Assembly: GCF_009914755.1 (NCBI RefSeq)
Contig: NC_060947.1
Origin: the human T2T-CHM13v2.0 reference genome, Homo sapiens
Length of the DNA: 64,000 bases
Reading direction: 5' to 3' (one strand)
In this document: piece by piece, positions 11,501 to 24,421 of the stretch
Layout: each line of letters opens with the position of its first letter
Numbering within the stretch: position 1 is the first letter of the stretch
Notes under the pieces: generated by a model
Database searches by the model: none
The model's input: only the letters and a program-made list of their open reading frames with translations
What the model was told of the DNA's origin: nothing
Program-made: the position numbers and the translations under genes

Positions 11501-13125
11501 TGCCTGGCTGCCCATCGTCTGGGATGTGAGGAGCCCCTCTGCCCGGCCGCCCAGTCTGGGAAGTGAGGAGCGCCTCTTCCCGGCCGCCATCCCGTCTAGG
11601 AAGTGAGGAGCATCTCTGCCCGGCCGCCCATCGTCTGAGATGTGGGGAGCGCCTCTGCCCCGCCGCCCTGTCTGGGATGTGAGGAGCGCCTCTGCCCGGC
11701 CACGACCCCGTCTGGGATCTGAGGAGTGTCTCTGCCCGACCGCCACCCCATCTGGGAGGTGAGGAGCGTCTCTGCCCGGCCACCCCATCTGAGAAGTGAG
11801 GAGCCCCTCCGCCTGGCAGCCGCCCCGTCTGGGAAGTGAGGAGCGTCTCCGCCCGGCAGCCACCCCGTCCAGGAGGTGGGGGGCAGCCCCCGCCCGGCCA
11901 GCTGCCCAGTCCGGGAGGGAGGTGGGGGGCAGACCCCACCCGGCAGCTGCCCCGTCCGGGAGGTGGGGGGCGCCTCCGCTTGGCCGCCGCCCCGTCCGGG
12001 AGGTGGGGGGCGCCTCTGCCTGGCCGCCCTGTCTGGGAAGTGAGGAGCCCCTCTGCCCGGCCGCCACCCCATCTGGGAGGTGTACCCAGCAGCTCACTGG
12101 GAACGGGCCATGATGACGATGGCGGTTTTGTCGAGTAGAAAAGGGGGAATGTGGGGAAAAGAAAGAGAGATCAGATTGTTGCTGTGTCTGTGTAGAAAGA
12201 AGTAGACATAGGAGACTCCATTTTGTTCTGTACTAAGAAAAATTCTTCTGCCTTGGGATGCTGTTAATCTATAACCTTACCCCCAACCCCGTGCTCTCTG
12301 AAACATGTGCTGTGTCCACTAAGGGTTAAATGGATTAAGGGCGGTGCAAGATGTGCTTTGTTAAACAGATGCTTGAAGGCAGCATGCTCCTTAAGAGTCA
12401 TCACCACTCCCTAATCTCAAGTACCCAGGGACACAAAGGCTGAGGAAGGCGGCAGGGCCCTCTGCCTAGGAAAACCAGAGACCCTTGTTCACATGTTTAT
12501 CTGCTGACCTTCCCTCCACTATTGTCCCATGACCCTGCCAAATCCCCCTCGCCGAGAAACACCCAAGAATGATCAATAAATACTAAAAACAACAACAACA
12601 ACAACAAAAAAACCACTTTGATCCTTCACCCACACCCTAGGGCTTGGATTTCCTATCTAAGCTAATAATTGAGTTTGCCCTCTAGAATATGCCTGTTCAA
12701 ATGGGTATGTCTACTTTGAGATAGTGGCTCTCCTTATTCTTTTCTGTCTCATTACTGCTAATCAGACCATAATCAGCAGTATCTTGAAATATTGTATCAT
12801 TTTCCATCCCAGACCATAGAGAAAGAACTGTTAGAAGCTGACAATGTGATAGTGGAGGCCATAGCAATCACTGAGATTTAGCATCAGTGGGGTTATTAAC
12901 AACCAAAATATGTGATAGTCTGGGAGAGTGACTTTAATACTAGGCGAGGACCAAAACTGGTCAACAGGACCAGGAGGAATTTGTGTCAAGTGGGGATGTG
13001 ATACCTGCAGGCCTTAGAACATCAGTATCCAAATGCTGGTACCCAGTCTGGTATTAGGCTGGTAGCATAAAACTCCTGCTTAGTATACAACTCCCTGACT
13101 TTAGGAAGTACTATATTTGAAAGTT
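8560..13125 (-). mobile_element. Decayed ERVL-MaLR-like LTR and internal sequence, split by the SVA (boundaries approximate)
   Basis: MLT1-like motif cccatggaaaagagcatggttgacccaagttggatca near 8670-8710; patches resembling MaLR internal sequence at 9300-9450, 10380-10460 and 12630-13120. Confidence 0.35.
11020..12613 (+). mobile_element. Full-length SVA retrotransposon (older SVA_B/C-like)
   Basis: CCCTCT hexamers (11020-11075), Alu-like region (~11076-11460), GC-rich VNTR (~11460-12085), SINE-R (~12086-12585) with AATAAA and an A/(AAC)n tail; exact TSD cactttgatcct at 11008-11019 and 12614-12625. Confidence 0.97.
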
Positions 13126-13130
13126 ACCAG

Positions 13131-13308
13131 AGCAGTGGTTTTCAACTTTGGTATTTGGATAACATAGACAAATGGATATTAATGGTCTCTATCCACCAGA
13201 TGTTCTGACTGAAGAGGTCTCTGATAGGACCAAGGAGTCACATTTTTGGAGAAAGAAGCTCGAGGATTTTAATACAGCTGGTCAAGGATTATAGCTTAAG
13301 GAACTCTG
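13131..13308. mobile_element. Decayed MER5-like hAT-Charlie MITE
   Basis: cagtggttttcaac start and gaactctg end about 180 bp apart. Confidence 0.45.
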
Positions 13309-14334
13309 ACCACATAAGGTCATAATATGTCTTAAAATTTGAAGCATCAGGTAGAAGGCAAATTGTCTCATATGTTGGGAAAGGGGAATATAAGCCTTGG
13401 AAACCTGGCAGAGTCTGACAATAACTGGGCCAAATTTGTTACAATTAATTATATAAGTGCTAAGTTTAGCTATTTAATACATCTTTCATACGATTCTACC
13501 AAAATTTTTTTTGGGTTCTCCTCAAATCCTTGTTTTGTAAGTCCCAAATTAAAGACTTTTAATTTGATATATTTAGGTTAGAAGCACCACACCTAAACCG
13601 AATGACCTCAACTAATCATCCAGTCACTGATTAGCTCTTAGACAGAGCATCCCCTTATCTGAATCTACTCAGCTCCATTGACAAGCACCGTTAACATACC
13701 CAATGGTTCAACAGAACACATTCCTGATTTGGTTGTTGCCAGGTATAGTTGGTAGTCTTCAGGCCCACTGCTGTCCCAAGAACAAAGTAAAAATTAGAAC
13801 AAGAAAGTATGTTACTGTGGTCCTGCAACGATGTCCTTTTATATTGAAGGGGATCTTTGAATGCTGATGTACAAAAAAAAACCTTAAGCAGAATAATTTT
13901 AAAAGTACTGAGTCCATGGTTCTTGGCTCTTCTCACATGATAGAGTCCTCACTTCCTGCTTACTCTGGCAATCTAACTTCAAGCATACTTGCTTGCCAAG
14001 GAACAACTCAGGTTTCATGGCGTCACGAGCAGGTACATGGATCCTTTGCCCTGCTTGTTGGCAAAAAAGTCAAATTAACTTGAAATCTTCATTTTCATCA
14101 ATCTTTAAACATATACTAACAATTGTAATCTGGCCTAACTCAACAGACATAATAAAATTGCATTGTTAAATATTAGATGATTTAATGATCCTACACACAG
14201 TTTCCTTGCGGATATATTTATTTCATTGTTGTAGCTTAAAATGCCTTTTAGGGAGAAACAAGGAAATGCAGCTCCCTTGAGGTGGTTTTTTAAAAACATA
14301 CATTGGATTGACTACCTTGCTATGCTATTAGTGA

Positions 14335-14721
<387 letters not shown>

Positions 14722-15044
14722 TAATTGGCTCTCAATTTGAATTTAATTTCCTGATTCCGGGTAGTAAGGTACTCAACTTCTTTATTCACTTTTATCTAAA
14801 CGTCCCTATTTTCCACCCGGTCATGTTCACAAACCTCTGTATTCCAAACCTTATTACTTTTGAGAGTTCATGTCTTAGGCTTGCCTCTGAGTTTTCATAT
14901 TCACCATTATTTCTCCTAGAAAAACCTCCCCAGTTTCTTTTGCCATACTGATGAACACTTTCTTCACATTTCTTCTCAGAAGAGAAATGGCCTTTAAAAC
15001 ACCTTTGTAAATGTTTTCAGCAATCAATATCATATTCCCCTGTC

Positions 15045-15209
15045 ACAGTGGTTCTCAACGTTCACTGCATATTAGAATCACCTGTGGAGCAGAAAGACTC
15101 TGTGCCAGACCAATTACATCAGAGATTTGGGGCTGGGATCCAGAATACAGTGTTTGTTAATCCTCCCCCAGATGCTTCTACTATACTGCAAGGGTTGGTA
15201 ACAACTGCC
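15045..15209. mobile_element. MER5-like hAT-Charlie MITE
   Basis: TIRs cagtggttctcaac ... gttggtaacaactg; internal ttagaatcacctg. Confidence 0.7.
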
Positions 15210-16856
15210 TCAAATTGTTTCTCAAATCTTAATGAGTGTAAATGTTAGGGATGCAGATCCTTGGGCAAGTGCTCCTTTGTGGATGGATCCTTGCTGGTTC
15301 TTCATTTTACTCTTGACTGCTTTTGTATTCTAAACTGCATAGGCATTTAAAAATATCATTTCAGGCCTTAATTTTCTTAACAGGAGAAACAACCTCCTTC
15401 TTTTTCTTTAAGCTTTTAATTTTATCATGAAGGTAAGCTGAGGAGCTTTCTCAATATGGTGACTTTTAGAGGTGGCCAGGGCAGAGCTAATGACATACTG
15501 ATTCAATGTTATATTAAATAGATGGAGAAAATACTCTCATGTTTGTTTCCACGCAAACTTAGAGCATCTCTAACATATAATTTTTTAAAAATCTCTGGCT
15601 AGAGTATCGGGTCGGTTATGGGGAGTTTGAGCCATTGCATTGGCAGTATCCCCAAAACAACACTGAACTGATGGCCAGCCAATTCATTGCTAATACATGG
15701 CTGTCAGTTACTTTTTTGCAAGTTGGCATGAACAAAGAGCCAAATATCTGGTTGAATGGGAACTTAAACACAGCAGAGAAGACAACATTTATCAGATGCT
15801 TCATCTTTTGCAGTATACTAATAACAGTGAACAAGCACATGCCACAGTAGGCAGGTAGACCCAGAGACTCTGATTTAAGGGTTCACTGTACTACTTCACT
15901 GCACCAGTCTTGAACAGCTTTGCCAACAGAAGTGTGTCAAGGCTTCATTTGTAGTGCTCAGTGACGATTCTAGATGTCTGACCTAACAGAAATAGGACAT
16001 GGCACCCAGAGGATGACTAGGAGAGACTTTGTCTCTGGATGTCTGGAGGAATAACAGAGTGTCCCGCAGTGCCTGAAAATAAATAGTTTTCAATAGTATG
16101 CCCATTGCCTGCGACTATGAAGGTACCCAGCAACTTTAGGCACTTAAATGAACATACATAGGTTCACACCTGCAGACTCTCAGATATAACTGCGTGAGAT
16201 TTTTGCAGGTAAGTGGAGGTCCTTTATAAGCACTGGGGGTAAGAGCCATGGAAATCTAGGTTTTTACTTTTAATATGATGCCATTTGATCTTATAGTGTG
16301 CTGGAGCCTGAGGGAATTCTTTTAATAAATTAGAAAACATATGTGAAACTACTCAACATATTCATAGTGAGCCCTCATTAAGTACTATATGCTTATTGTT
16401 AACATTATCATGTAGTAAATTGTGAATAAATTATATTAGACTATTAAAGAACAGCTTAACTTTCAATCATCTGCAGTTTTTAGGAATGATGTTTTATATA
16501 CTGATACTTTTGTATATGTACGCTTCATTTTACCTAATTTACAGAAATGCCTGACCAGAATATATCACATAACCCTGTAATGTTTACTTGTATTATATCA
16601 AGTTTGATTTTAAGTCTCTAGTATATTTTTGTGTCATCAATATTTTCTATTAACCAATAAGAGAAATATTTTATTGCTATATATATGATACTGCTTTTTT
16701 TAAAATTTTGATGTTTTTATGTGAATATCTAATGCTACATAACATCTCCACTAATGAGACTGTCCTTAAGAGAAATTGTCCCATTTTCTACTATTTTTAA
16801 AAAATATATAATCACTGCTTTTTTGCTGTTAACTATGTTACTCATTTTTTAAAAAA

Positions 16857-18645
16857 TTTGTTGTGGTAAGACATTTAACATGAGATCTACCCTCTTAACA
16901 GATTTTAAAGTATACAATACCATATTGTTAACAGGAATAATGTTGTGTAGCAGATCTCTAGAATGTATTCACCTTGCATAGCTGATTAGCAACTCCCCAT
17001 TTCCCCAAATCTCTGATACCCCAAATTCTATTATTTGCTTCCATAAATTTTATAATTTTAGATATTTCATAAAAGTGGAATCATGTAGTATTTGCCCTTC
17101 TTTGATTAGCTTATTTCACTTAGCATAGTGTCCTCAGAGCTCATCCATGTTACTGCATATAGCAGGGTTTCCTTCTGTATATTTAGAGTAATATTCGATT
17201 GTATGCACATGCTGTATTTTTTATTCATTCATCCCTTGATGAACATTTAGGTTGTTTCCACATTTTGGCTGTTGCGAATAGTACTGCAGTGAATATGGGA
17301 GTGCTAATAACTTCTTGAGATCCTGATTTCAGTTCTTTTGGCTAAATACTCAGAAGTGGGATTGCTGGATCATAAGATAGTTCTATTTTTAATTTTTGGA
17401 GGAACCTTCATATCGTTTTCCATAGTGGTTGCACCATTTTGCATTCCTGCTAACAGTGTACAAGTGTTGCAATTTCTCTATAATCATGCCAACATTTGTC
17501 TTTTGTTTTAGAGGACTTTTCTGATAGTAGTTATTCTGGCAGATGTGAAGTGACATCTCATTATAATTTTGATTTGCATTTCCCTGATGATTAGTCATGA
17601 TGAGCATCTTTTGATATACTTACTGAACATTTGTCTATCTTCTTTGGAGAAATGTCTATTTAAGTCCTCAGCCCATTTAACTGGGTTATTAGGGTTTTGT
17701 TTTTGTTGTTATTGAGTCCTTTATATATTTTGGCAGTTAACCCCTTATCTGCTATATGGTTTGCAAATATTTTCTCCCATTCCGCAGGTTGCCTTTTAAT
17801 TCTGTTGTTTGCTTTGCTGTGCAGAAGCTTTTTAACTTGACTTAGTTCCACTATCTATTTTTGCTTTTGTTGCCTGTGCTTTTAGTGTCATATCTATGAA
17901 ATCATTGCCAAGACCAATGTCATGAAGAATTTTCCTGTGTTTTCTTCAACAAGTGTTACAGTTGCAGGTCTTAAGTCGTTAATCCATTTTGACTTGAATA
18001 AAATGTATGGTGTAAGACAAGTATCCAAATTAATTCTTTTCCAGCTGGATTTTCAATTTTCCCTGCACCCTTTGTTGAAGAGCCTATTATTTCTCCATTG
18101 GGTATTCTTGGAAGCTTCATTAAAGATCAGTTGACCATATATGTGTGTTTATTTATGGATTCTCTATTCCATTCCATTAGTCTGTATGTCTGTCTTTATG
18201 CCAGTACTTTACTGTTTTCACTGTTGTAACTTTGTAATATATATTGAAATCAAGAAGTGTGATGTCTCCAGCTTTGTTCTTCTTTATCAAGATTGTGTGG
18301 CTGTTTGGGGGTCTTTTGTGGTACCACATGAATTTTAATAGTTTTTTATATTTCTGGAAAAAATGTCATTGGGATGTTGATAGGGATTGCATTGAGGCTG
18401 TAGATTGTTTTGGACAATAATAATTCTTCCTATCATGAACAGGAGATATTTTCATGTCTTTTAAAATTTGTTTTATTATGGTTTCAGAGATTCACTGTAC
18501 AAGTCCTTCACTTCCTTATTCTTTTTGATGCTATTGTTAATGGGATTGCTTTACTAATTTTCTTTTTAGATAGTGTATTATTAGTGAATAGAGAAACAAC
18601 TGATTTTTGTATGTTGATTTTGTATCCTACAACTTTACTGGATTC
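16857..18645 (-). mobile_element. L1MA (L1MA8/9-like) 3' end and ORF2 fragment
   Basis: Characteristic antisense 3' end gtggtaagacatttaacatgagatctaccctcttaac followed by antisense ORF2. Confidence 0.88.
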
Positions 18646-19342
18646 AATAAAAGTATTTATTTCATTTGAATGGCAAACATTTAAAAAATCTTTTAGCTCT
18701 ACTGGCCTTCTATTTTCTTACCCAGTAATTTTGGGAAACAAATAATATCTTTTATATTTTCCTAGTAATGTAAACTAGCAAGGCCTGCCCCATAGTAGTC
18801 CCTCCCCAAATACCAGCCATGTTCCTCCTTCATCTCCACACTGCTCACACTGGATCCATGAGAATTTTTTTTAACACAATCAGGAAGTTTTCTTAAATGT
18901 CAGTTTCATCTTCCCTCTGGTCTCTGGCTGCTTCTGCCTCTGTCTCTGGGATAACCCCAGGTTTTTCCATCCCCACTGGATTTCTGGTTCCTGAAAGAAG
19001 CCAAGTCCTATGTCTTGGGCAACAGACTGGATATGTCTTGTGTGCCAAAGGTTTGCCAATCTTTTCCAGGAACTAAGCTTGTTGCAATTCATCTTTGCTT
19101 TACAATAGACTGTTCATATCTGCCAGGGGACATTCATAAGTGTCTATTCTCAATAAATGGTTTACCTGACCCTCTCTCCAACCTCAGTCCTAGTCCTTCT
19201 CAGACCACCTCTTTCAGCCATTGATACATGTATGGAATTGATCTACATTGGCAAATACTTGCTAGAATTATTTGTTATGGATTTTGCTCTTTCTCTTTAA
19301 GCAGGCTCTTTCCATGTGCATCTCCCCATCCAATTCATGCCC

Positions 19343-19846
19343 TGTATTAGTCAAGAATCCTATAGACTACATTTAACAGACATCAAATTCAAACTGAATT
19401 GAAAATAAAAAGGGAATTTATTGACTTACATTTTCGAAAATTCCAGAGAGTTCAGATTTTATCTTCTTTTCATCTTTTGTAATTGATTTTCTCTGTGTCT
19501 CCTTTATTCCCAGGTAGGCTTTATCCATTTGGTATCTGTTCATTGACACTCTCCCAGGAAGTGCTACTGTGACAAACTAATGGCTGAAAAACATTTTTTC
19601 TTTCGTAATGTCTCTGGAAAAATCCAAGGTAATACTCATTGGCCTAGCTTAAGTCACATGTCAGTCCTGAATTAACCACAGGGGCAGATGTTTGTGATGC
19701 AAGTCCTACCATTAGATAGAAGCGTGGGTCAACCCATCAGAACTACATGGGATTGAAGAAAGAATGAACCTCACAAAGAAAAACTGCAATAGTATATTCT
19801 TACCAGAATAAAGAGGAAGTGGATACTGATCAGACAAAAAAAGCAA
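19343..19846 (-). mobile_element. MLT1-type MaLR solo LTR
   Basis: tgtattagtc start, gggaatttattg, cattggcctagcttaagtcacatgtc. Confidence 0.65.
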
Positions 19847-20507
19847 CTCCTACTATTTTCAGCATACAGTTACTATCTCAATACTCAATGGATAATTTAA
19901 ATTCTTCCACAGTCTTCACTTTTATGTGTTATTGTCAGTACCCTTCATTAGCCGTGAGAGTACACACTAACTCACCTAAAATATTACCTGTTTTGCTAAG
20001 GCAACATTTTTAGAACATTTTCTACATTCTTGACTGTGAATCAAGGATTATCATCAGGTTTGGGCTGATGCAGACCTTACAGAGAATGATCTGTGGATCT
20101 GCATCATTGTTTCCTTGCAAACAGTAAAGATAAATGGGAAAAGCTATGTCTTCCCCCTTTGTTGTGGGAAACTGCCTATGTTGACAGAGCTCTGCCTTGG
20201 CATGCAGGACTCTGGCCTATGTGACTGGGACCGTATAAAAGATTAATAAGGAGATGAGCTTGTGGCTTTTGTATTTCAAGGTGACCCACAGGCACCTTGG
20301 TGCTCATGCTGTAGAACAATAACAGGGAAAAAGAATCTGTGAACTTGGATAGATGCTGGGCCTGCCAATGAGATGCTGATGATCTACCTGTTGTATTTCC
20401 AGCCTTGAATTGTTCTATGAAACTAAGTAAATGTAGCATCAGAGTAAAGTCTAGTTTTGTCTTATGAGACTTGTTAACATCTCAAACCCATAACTACAGC
20501 TCTGCTG

Positions 20508-20720
20508 CATCATAGACACTGTCCCAAGAGCTTCACATACAAAATCTTGTTTATTCCTTATAAGAAGTCTACTACTTCTTTGGTATTATATAAAGAGAAG
20601 CAAGATGAGACCTGAAAGGCTGCATAATTTACTCATGGCCATGCAGACAAATATAGGAGAACCAGGATCAAATACAGCTATTTCAACCTTAAGACTCTGT
20701 ACCGTCAGTCAGTAAACTAT
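20508..20720 (-). mobile_element. MIR
   Basis: Antisense MIR core (taatttactcatggccatgcag...gaaccaggatcaaatacag). Confidence 0.55.
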
Positions 20721-22640
20721 GTTGTTATATTTGCCCCAGATCACCTTTAATCACTTTCATCATAATGACCTCAATGGTGTTGCAAAGTATTTTCCCACTC
20801 ACATCTGAAAAAAAAAGGATGTCTCCTCCTTAGGTCTGAATTTTACTGACCTAGGTCATATCACATGGGAGGTGTTAAAAAGGTGTTTTCTTATTGACTC
20901 TGATAGACGCATATAGCCTGTTTGCCCTATAATCTGGTGACACAGACAAATGTGTCAAATTTTGGAAAGTTACTGTATTTCTCCTTCCTATAGCATTAAA
21001 AAAAGTTTATTTTTTTCTATTCAACGTCTTTTTTATGAGGTTTCTTTTCTCTTGACTGAAATTTCCACTCACATAGGATTAGCTAAAATCCTTTGTTAGG
21101 CACTTTTCTTACTACCTATGAAAGTGTTATGTTCCCCTCCTCCTAATTAGAAACCATCCCTCTGGAAGTTTTAAAGCTTAGGTATTTTAATTGTGGAAGT
21201 TTCTTTTTAGAGTATAAATGTGTCTTTGCTGATATATGTGATTGCTTATTTGGGGACACAGGCTATTTAAAAAGCAAGCAGTGGAAGTAACATTTGACCT
21301 TTTAATATTGTACCTTTACCTAATATTGAAATTATATTTAACAAATTCTAACTGTATATTGTAATTAAGGTGAAAGTGGCCTTTTGTTGTAATTTTACAG
21401 CTTATCAAAATGAAATAAAAGATTTACCAAATATCAGGGGTCTGAATGGAAGTGCTACTAGTAAAATACAAAATACATGTCTTTTAGGCTTATGGGGAAT
21501 AAACCACACTCTTATTTTTTACCTCAGAACTTTATTGGCTGAGTTAATCTGAATCAAATTCCAGATAATTCTGTCAGTCTTAAAGTTAAAAGAAGTAGTA
21601 AAGGTCCCGTGGAGCTCACTGAAAGTTCTGGGTTGTATTAAAATTGCCCCAAATAAAATCAGAAGATTCACTGGATTGAATTTATCTTTTTGGATGTCAA
21701 TATAATCAATTAGAAAAGTAGTCATGGATTATGATGTTTGAAAGCTAGAAAATCAGCATGTAAAGTGGTTGGGGTTTAAGGATTTTTGTTTATGTGATAC
21801 TATTCATTATTCACAAATATTTATTTAGTAGTTCGAATTCTACTATTCCTACTCAATCATAGGAAAGGAGTGACAGCAGAGAAGAGGACAAAACATATTT
21901 GAGAAGAGGAACAAATGGGAAATAGGCAGCCCCAATTTTCATTAGAATGAGCACTGGAAAATATGAATTTATTAACACACATAGAAAAGTACAGAAACAT
22001 ACCTACTTCCAGATGTAAAGGGAACACAGTGATCAGGCCTTTCCTAAGTAATTGACAAGATACAGCCTGTATTCATTCTTGGGGTGCTTGTCTTTATCTA
22101 TCCAAACGATAGTAAACCACAATAGATAAAGATGTTTCCAGATAAATTGTAGATAGAACATGTGTTCAAGAAGCAATTTGTTACATGAAATGTTAATGAT
22201 AAAGCTGAGAAAGACTATCACAACATTTACATTTTTATTTGGACTTCAGTACAGTTACAGTTACAATAAAGACTGCTTTTGTTTTTTATCCATAAAACAT
22301 TTATTGATCAATTGTTGGTACCGAAGAATTATCTATTTTCTTATAAGCTGCTTCTACAATGTAGAATTGATTGATTTTGCTGATTTGTGCATTATTTCCT
22401 CATATAGTGTTAGATTCAGAAATGCCTCCCAAGGTTTTTCCTTTTTAAAATTATTATTTCATGGCCAAGTACATTGCTTTGGGAATATATTTCTTAAAAT
22501 GAGAGTTGATATTCACAATCTAATTCATACATATAAGAATTCTCACTCCCAACAGGGCAACAAGGGGAAACGTTTGTAGATCTAAGTTTTTAGTGTCATA
22601 TACCTATACTAGGTACTGTAACAAAAAGATTCTATATACA

Positions 22641-22800
22641 GACCGGAGCCAGCCTGCCTGGGTTCAAATTCCAGCAATAACATCAGCTGTGTGACATTAG
22701 GCAAATTACTTAACTTCACATGATACTTTTCTCATCTATAAAATGAAGATAAGAATAGTACCTGCCTCATAGGATTGTTTTATGAAGTCAAAAAATGTTA
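22641..22800 (+). mobile_element. MIR
   Basis: ctgcctgggttcaaattccag...gctgtgtgacattaggcaaattacttaac...ctcatctataaaatg. Confidence 0.85.
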
Positions 22801-23584
22801 GCATTATAAAATATTGTAGTATTTTCTTTTAGTTCTATACTTTTTCAAGTCAATCCTTACAATTAAATGATTCAAATAAGATTTGCTTTTCATCAGATTA
22901 GATCTCCTATGTGTCATAGCTGTTATAGAACACTGCTTTTTCCTCTTTTGTTTTTAACATAATTTGTCTGACTCTATTTTGAGTTAGCATAATATAAAAC
23001 CATAGTATCTATATTCCCAAGTGTTCAGGTATCTGTTTAAATTTCATGTTTTTTAATTAATTTATTTAGTTGTTCATTCACAAGATTATGCAGTGAAATA
23101 TTCTACTGCTCTGAGCGATGCAAAGAGAGCAAAACGTCCAGATTCTAGTACAGGAGATAAGAAACTTAGGCAAATAACTACTGGAAATCGTTTTACAGAT
23201 GGTAAACTGTAAAACTATGATTCATATAGTAGCAGTATGTGATAAATATTAACTCATTATAAAATTTAATAAATCTTATTTCTATGTGATAGATTGGATA
23301 CTTCATAATTCATTTGAGAGTTGGAGGTTTTATTTTCATTTCAGGGGACTGAAATTAATTTTTCATGAGACTTAGATTTTAACATCAGTGTACACAATAT
23401 CATTTGAAGTCAAAATTACCTTTGATCATCCTTAGAATTGTGGGGGTTGATTTTGTCTGGACATCCCATCTCACAGATAGCTTTTTCTCTAGCTCTTCCT
23501 TTAGGAGAGCTCTCTTTCTTCAGTTTGGCAACAGATGAACTATTTTGCTTATATTTAAAGGTTATACTATATGAAAATATGTAT

Positions 23585-23850
23585 TTTTTACTTTTTATAT
23601 TTTATTGATACATAGTATTTTACATATTAACGGAGTACATATGAGTATATGATACTTGCATAGAATACATTATGATCAAGTCAGGGAATTTGGGGCATTC
23701 ATCACCTTGAGTATTCATAATTACTATGTGTTAGGAACATTTCAAGTCTTTTCAGAATATTCTGAAGTATACAATATACTGTTGCAAACTATAGTCACCC
23801 TATCCTGCTACTGAACAACAGAACTTATTTCTTCTATCTAACTGTATGTT
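23585..23850 (-). mobile_element. L1MA 3' end fragment
   Basis: atgatcaagtcagg...catcaccttgagtatt...ctatagtcacccta. Confidence 0.8.
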
Positions 23851-24421
23851 TGGTTGAATGGAATAACTACCGAATCACTGCCACTATTTTAATTGTTTTT
23901 CTTCTCTCTCTTATTCCTCCATTCTTCCCTTTTGAGTGTATGTAGTTAAATTAGTATGAGTTAAATGCACACTTGGTGTGCTTCAACAGTACAACAAAGA
24001 ACACAAATGCACATAGCATGAGAGAGGTGTATAGCATGCTGAGTGGTTTAGCCCAGGTTTGCCTCAACTTCATAACCTCTTTGTTTTAAACACCTTTGAG
24101 TCTTTATTTATAGTTACACAATGTATAGTGGATGGAATGATAAGCCCTGAAATAGTTATCCTTTAGCATACTAGCCTTGATCTGTTTTTTTTTCTGAGTT
24201 ACTTAAGGAATGTAATAAATGATAATACAAAGTGATAACCACAATGTATGGGGGAAAAGTGCATGAACATTCTATGAGATTATTTATTTTATTGGTTATT
24301 GTAAATGGCATCTCAACTTTTAGGTTAGGTTTGCAAATATAAGTGGTGGGTATATGGGTGTTCTCTGTACTATTCTTTCAGCTTTTCTGAGTATCAATGT
24401 TGATAATAAATACTGACAACA

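Noticed and set aside
11460-12085. Repeat units with variable intervening sequence, superficially CRISPR-like
   Set aside because: This is the SVA VNTR; there are no unique spacers or cas genes and the context is primate.
11191-12138. Long overlapping ORFs (up to 250 aa) on both strands
   Set aside because: They lie in the GC-rich SVA Alu-like/VNTR region, which is poor in stop codons; the translations are repetitive.
12086-12585. HERV-K LTR-like sequence as the missing 3' LTR of the provirus
   Set aside because: It is the SINE-R module (HML-2-derived) inside the SVA's TSDs, unrelated to the upstream provirus.
15635-15850. Short ORFs in unique-looking sequence
   Set aside because: No recognisable protein similarity in any frame I translated.
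22160-22579. 139-aa ORF in AT-rich sequence
   Set aside because: No recognisable domain, F/I/L-rich composition typical of random AT-rich frames, no exon structure.
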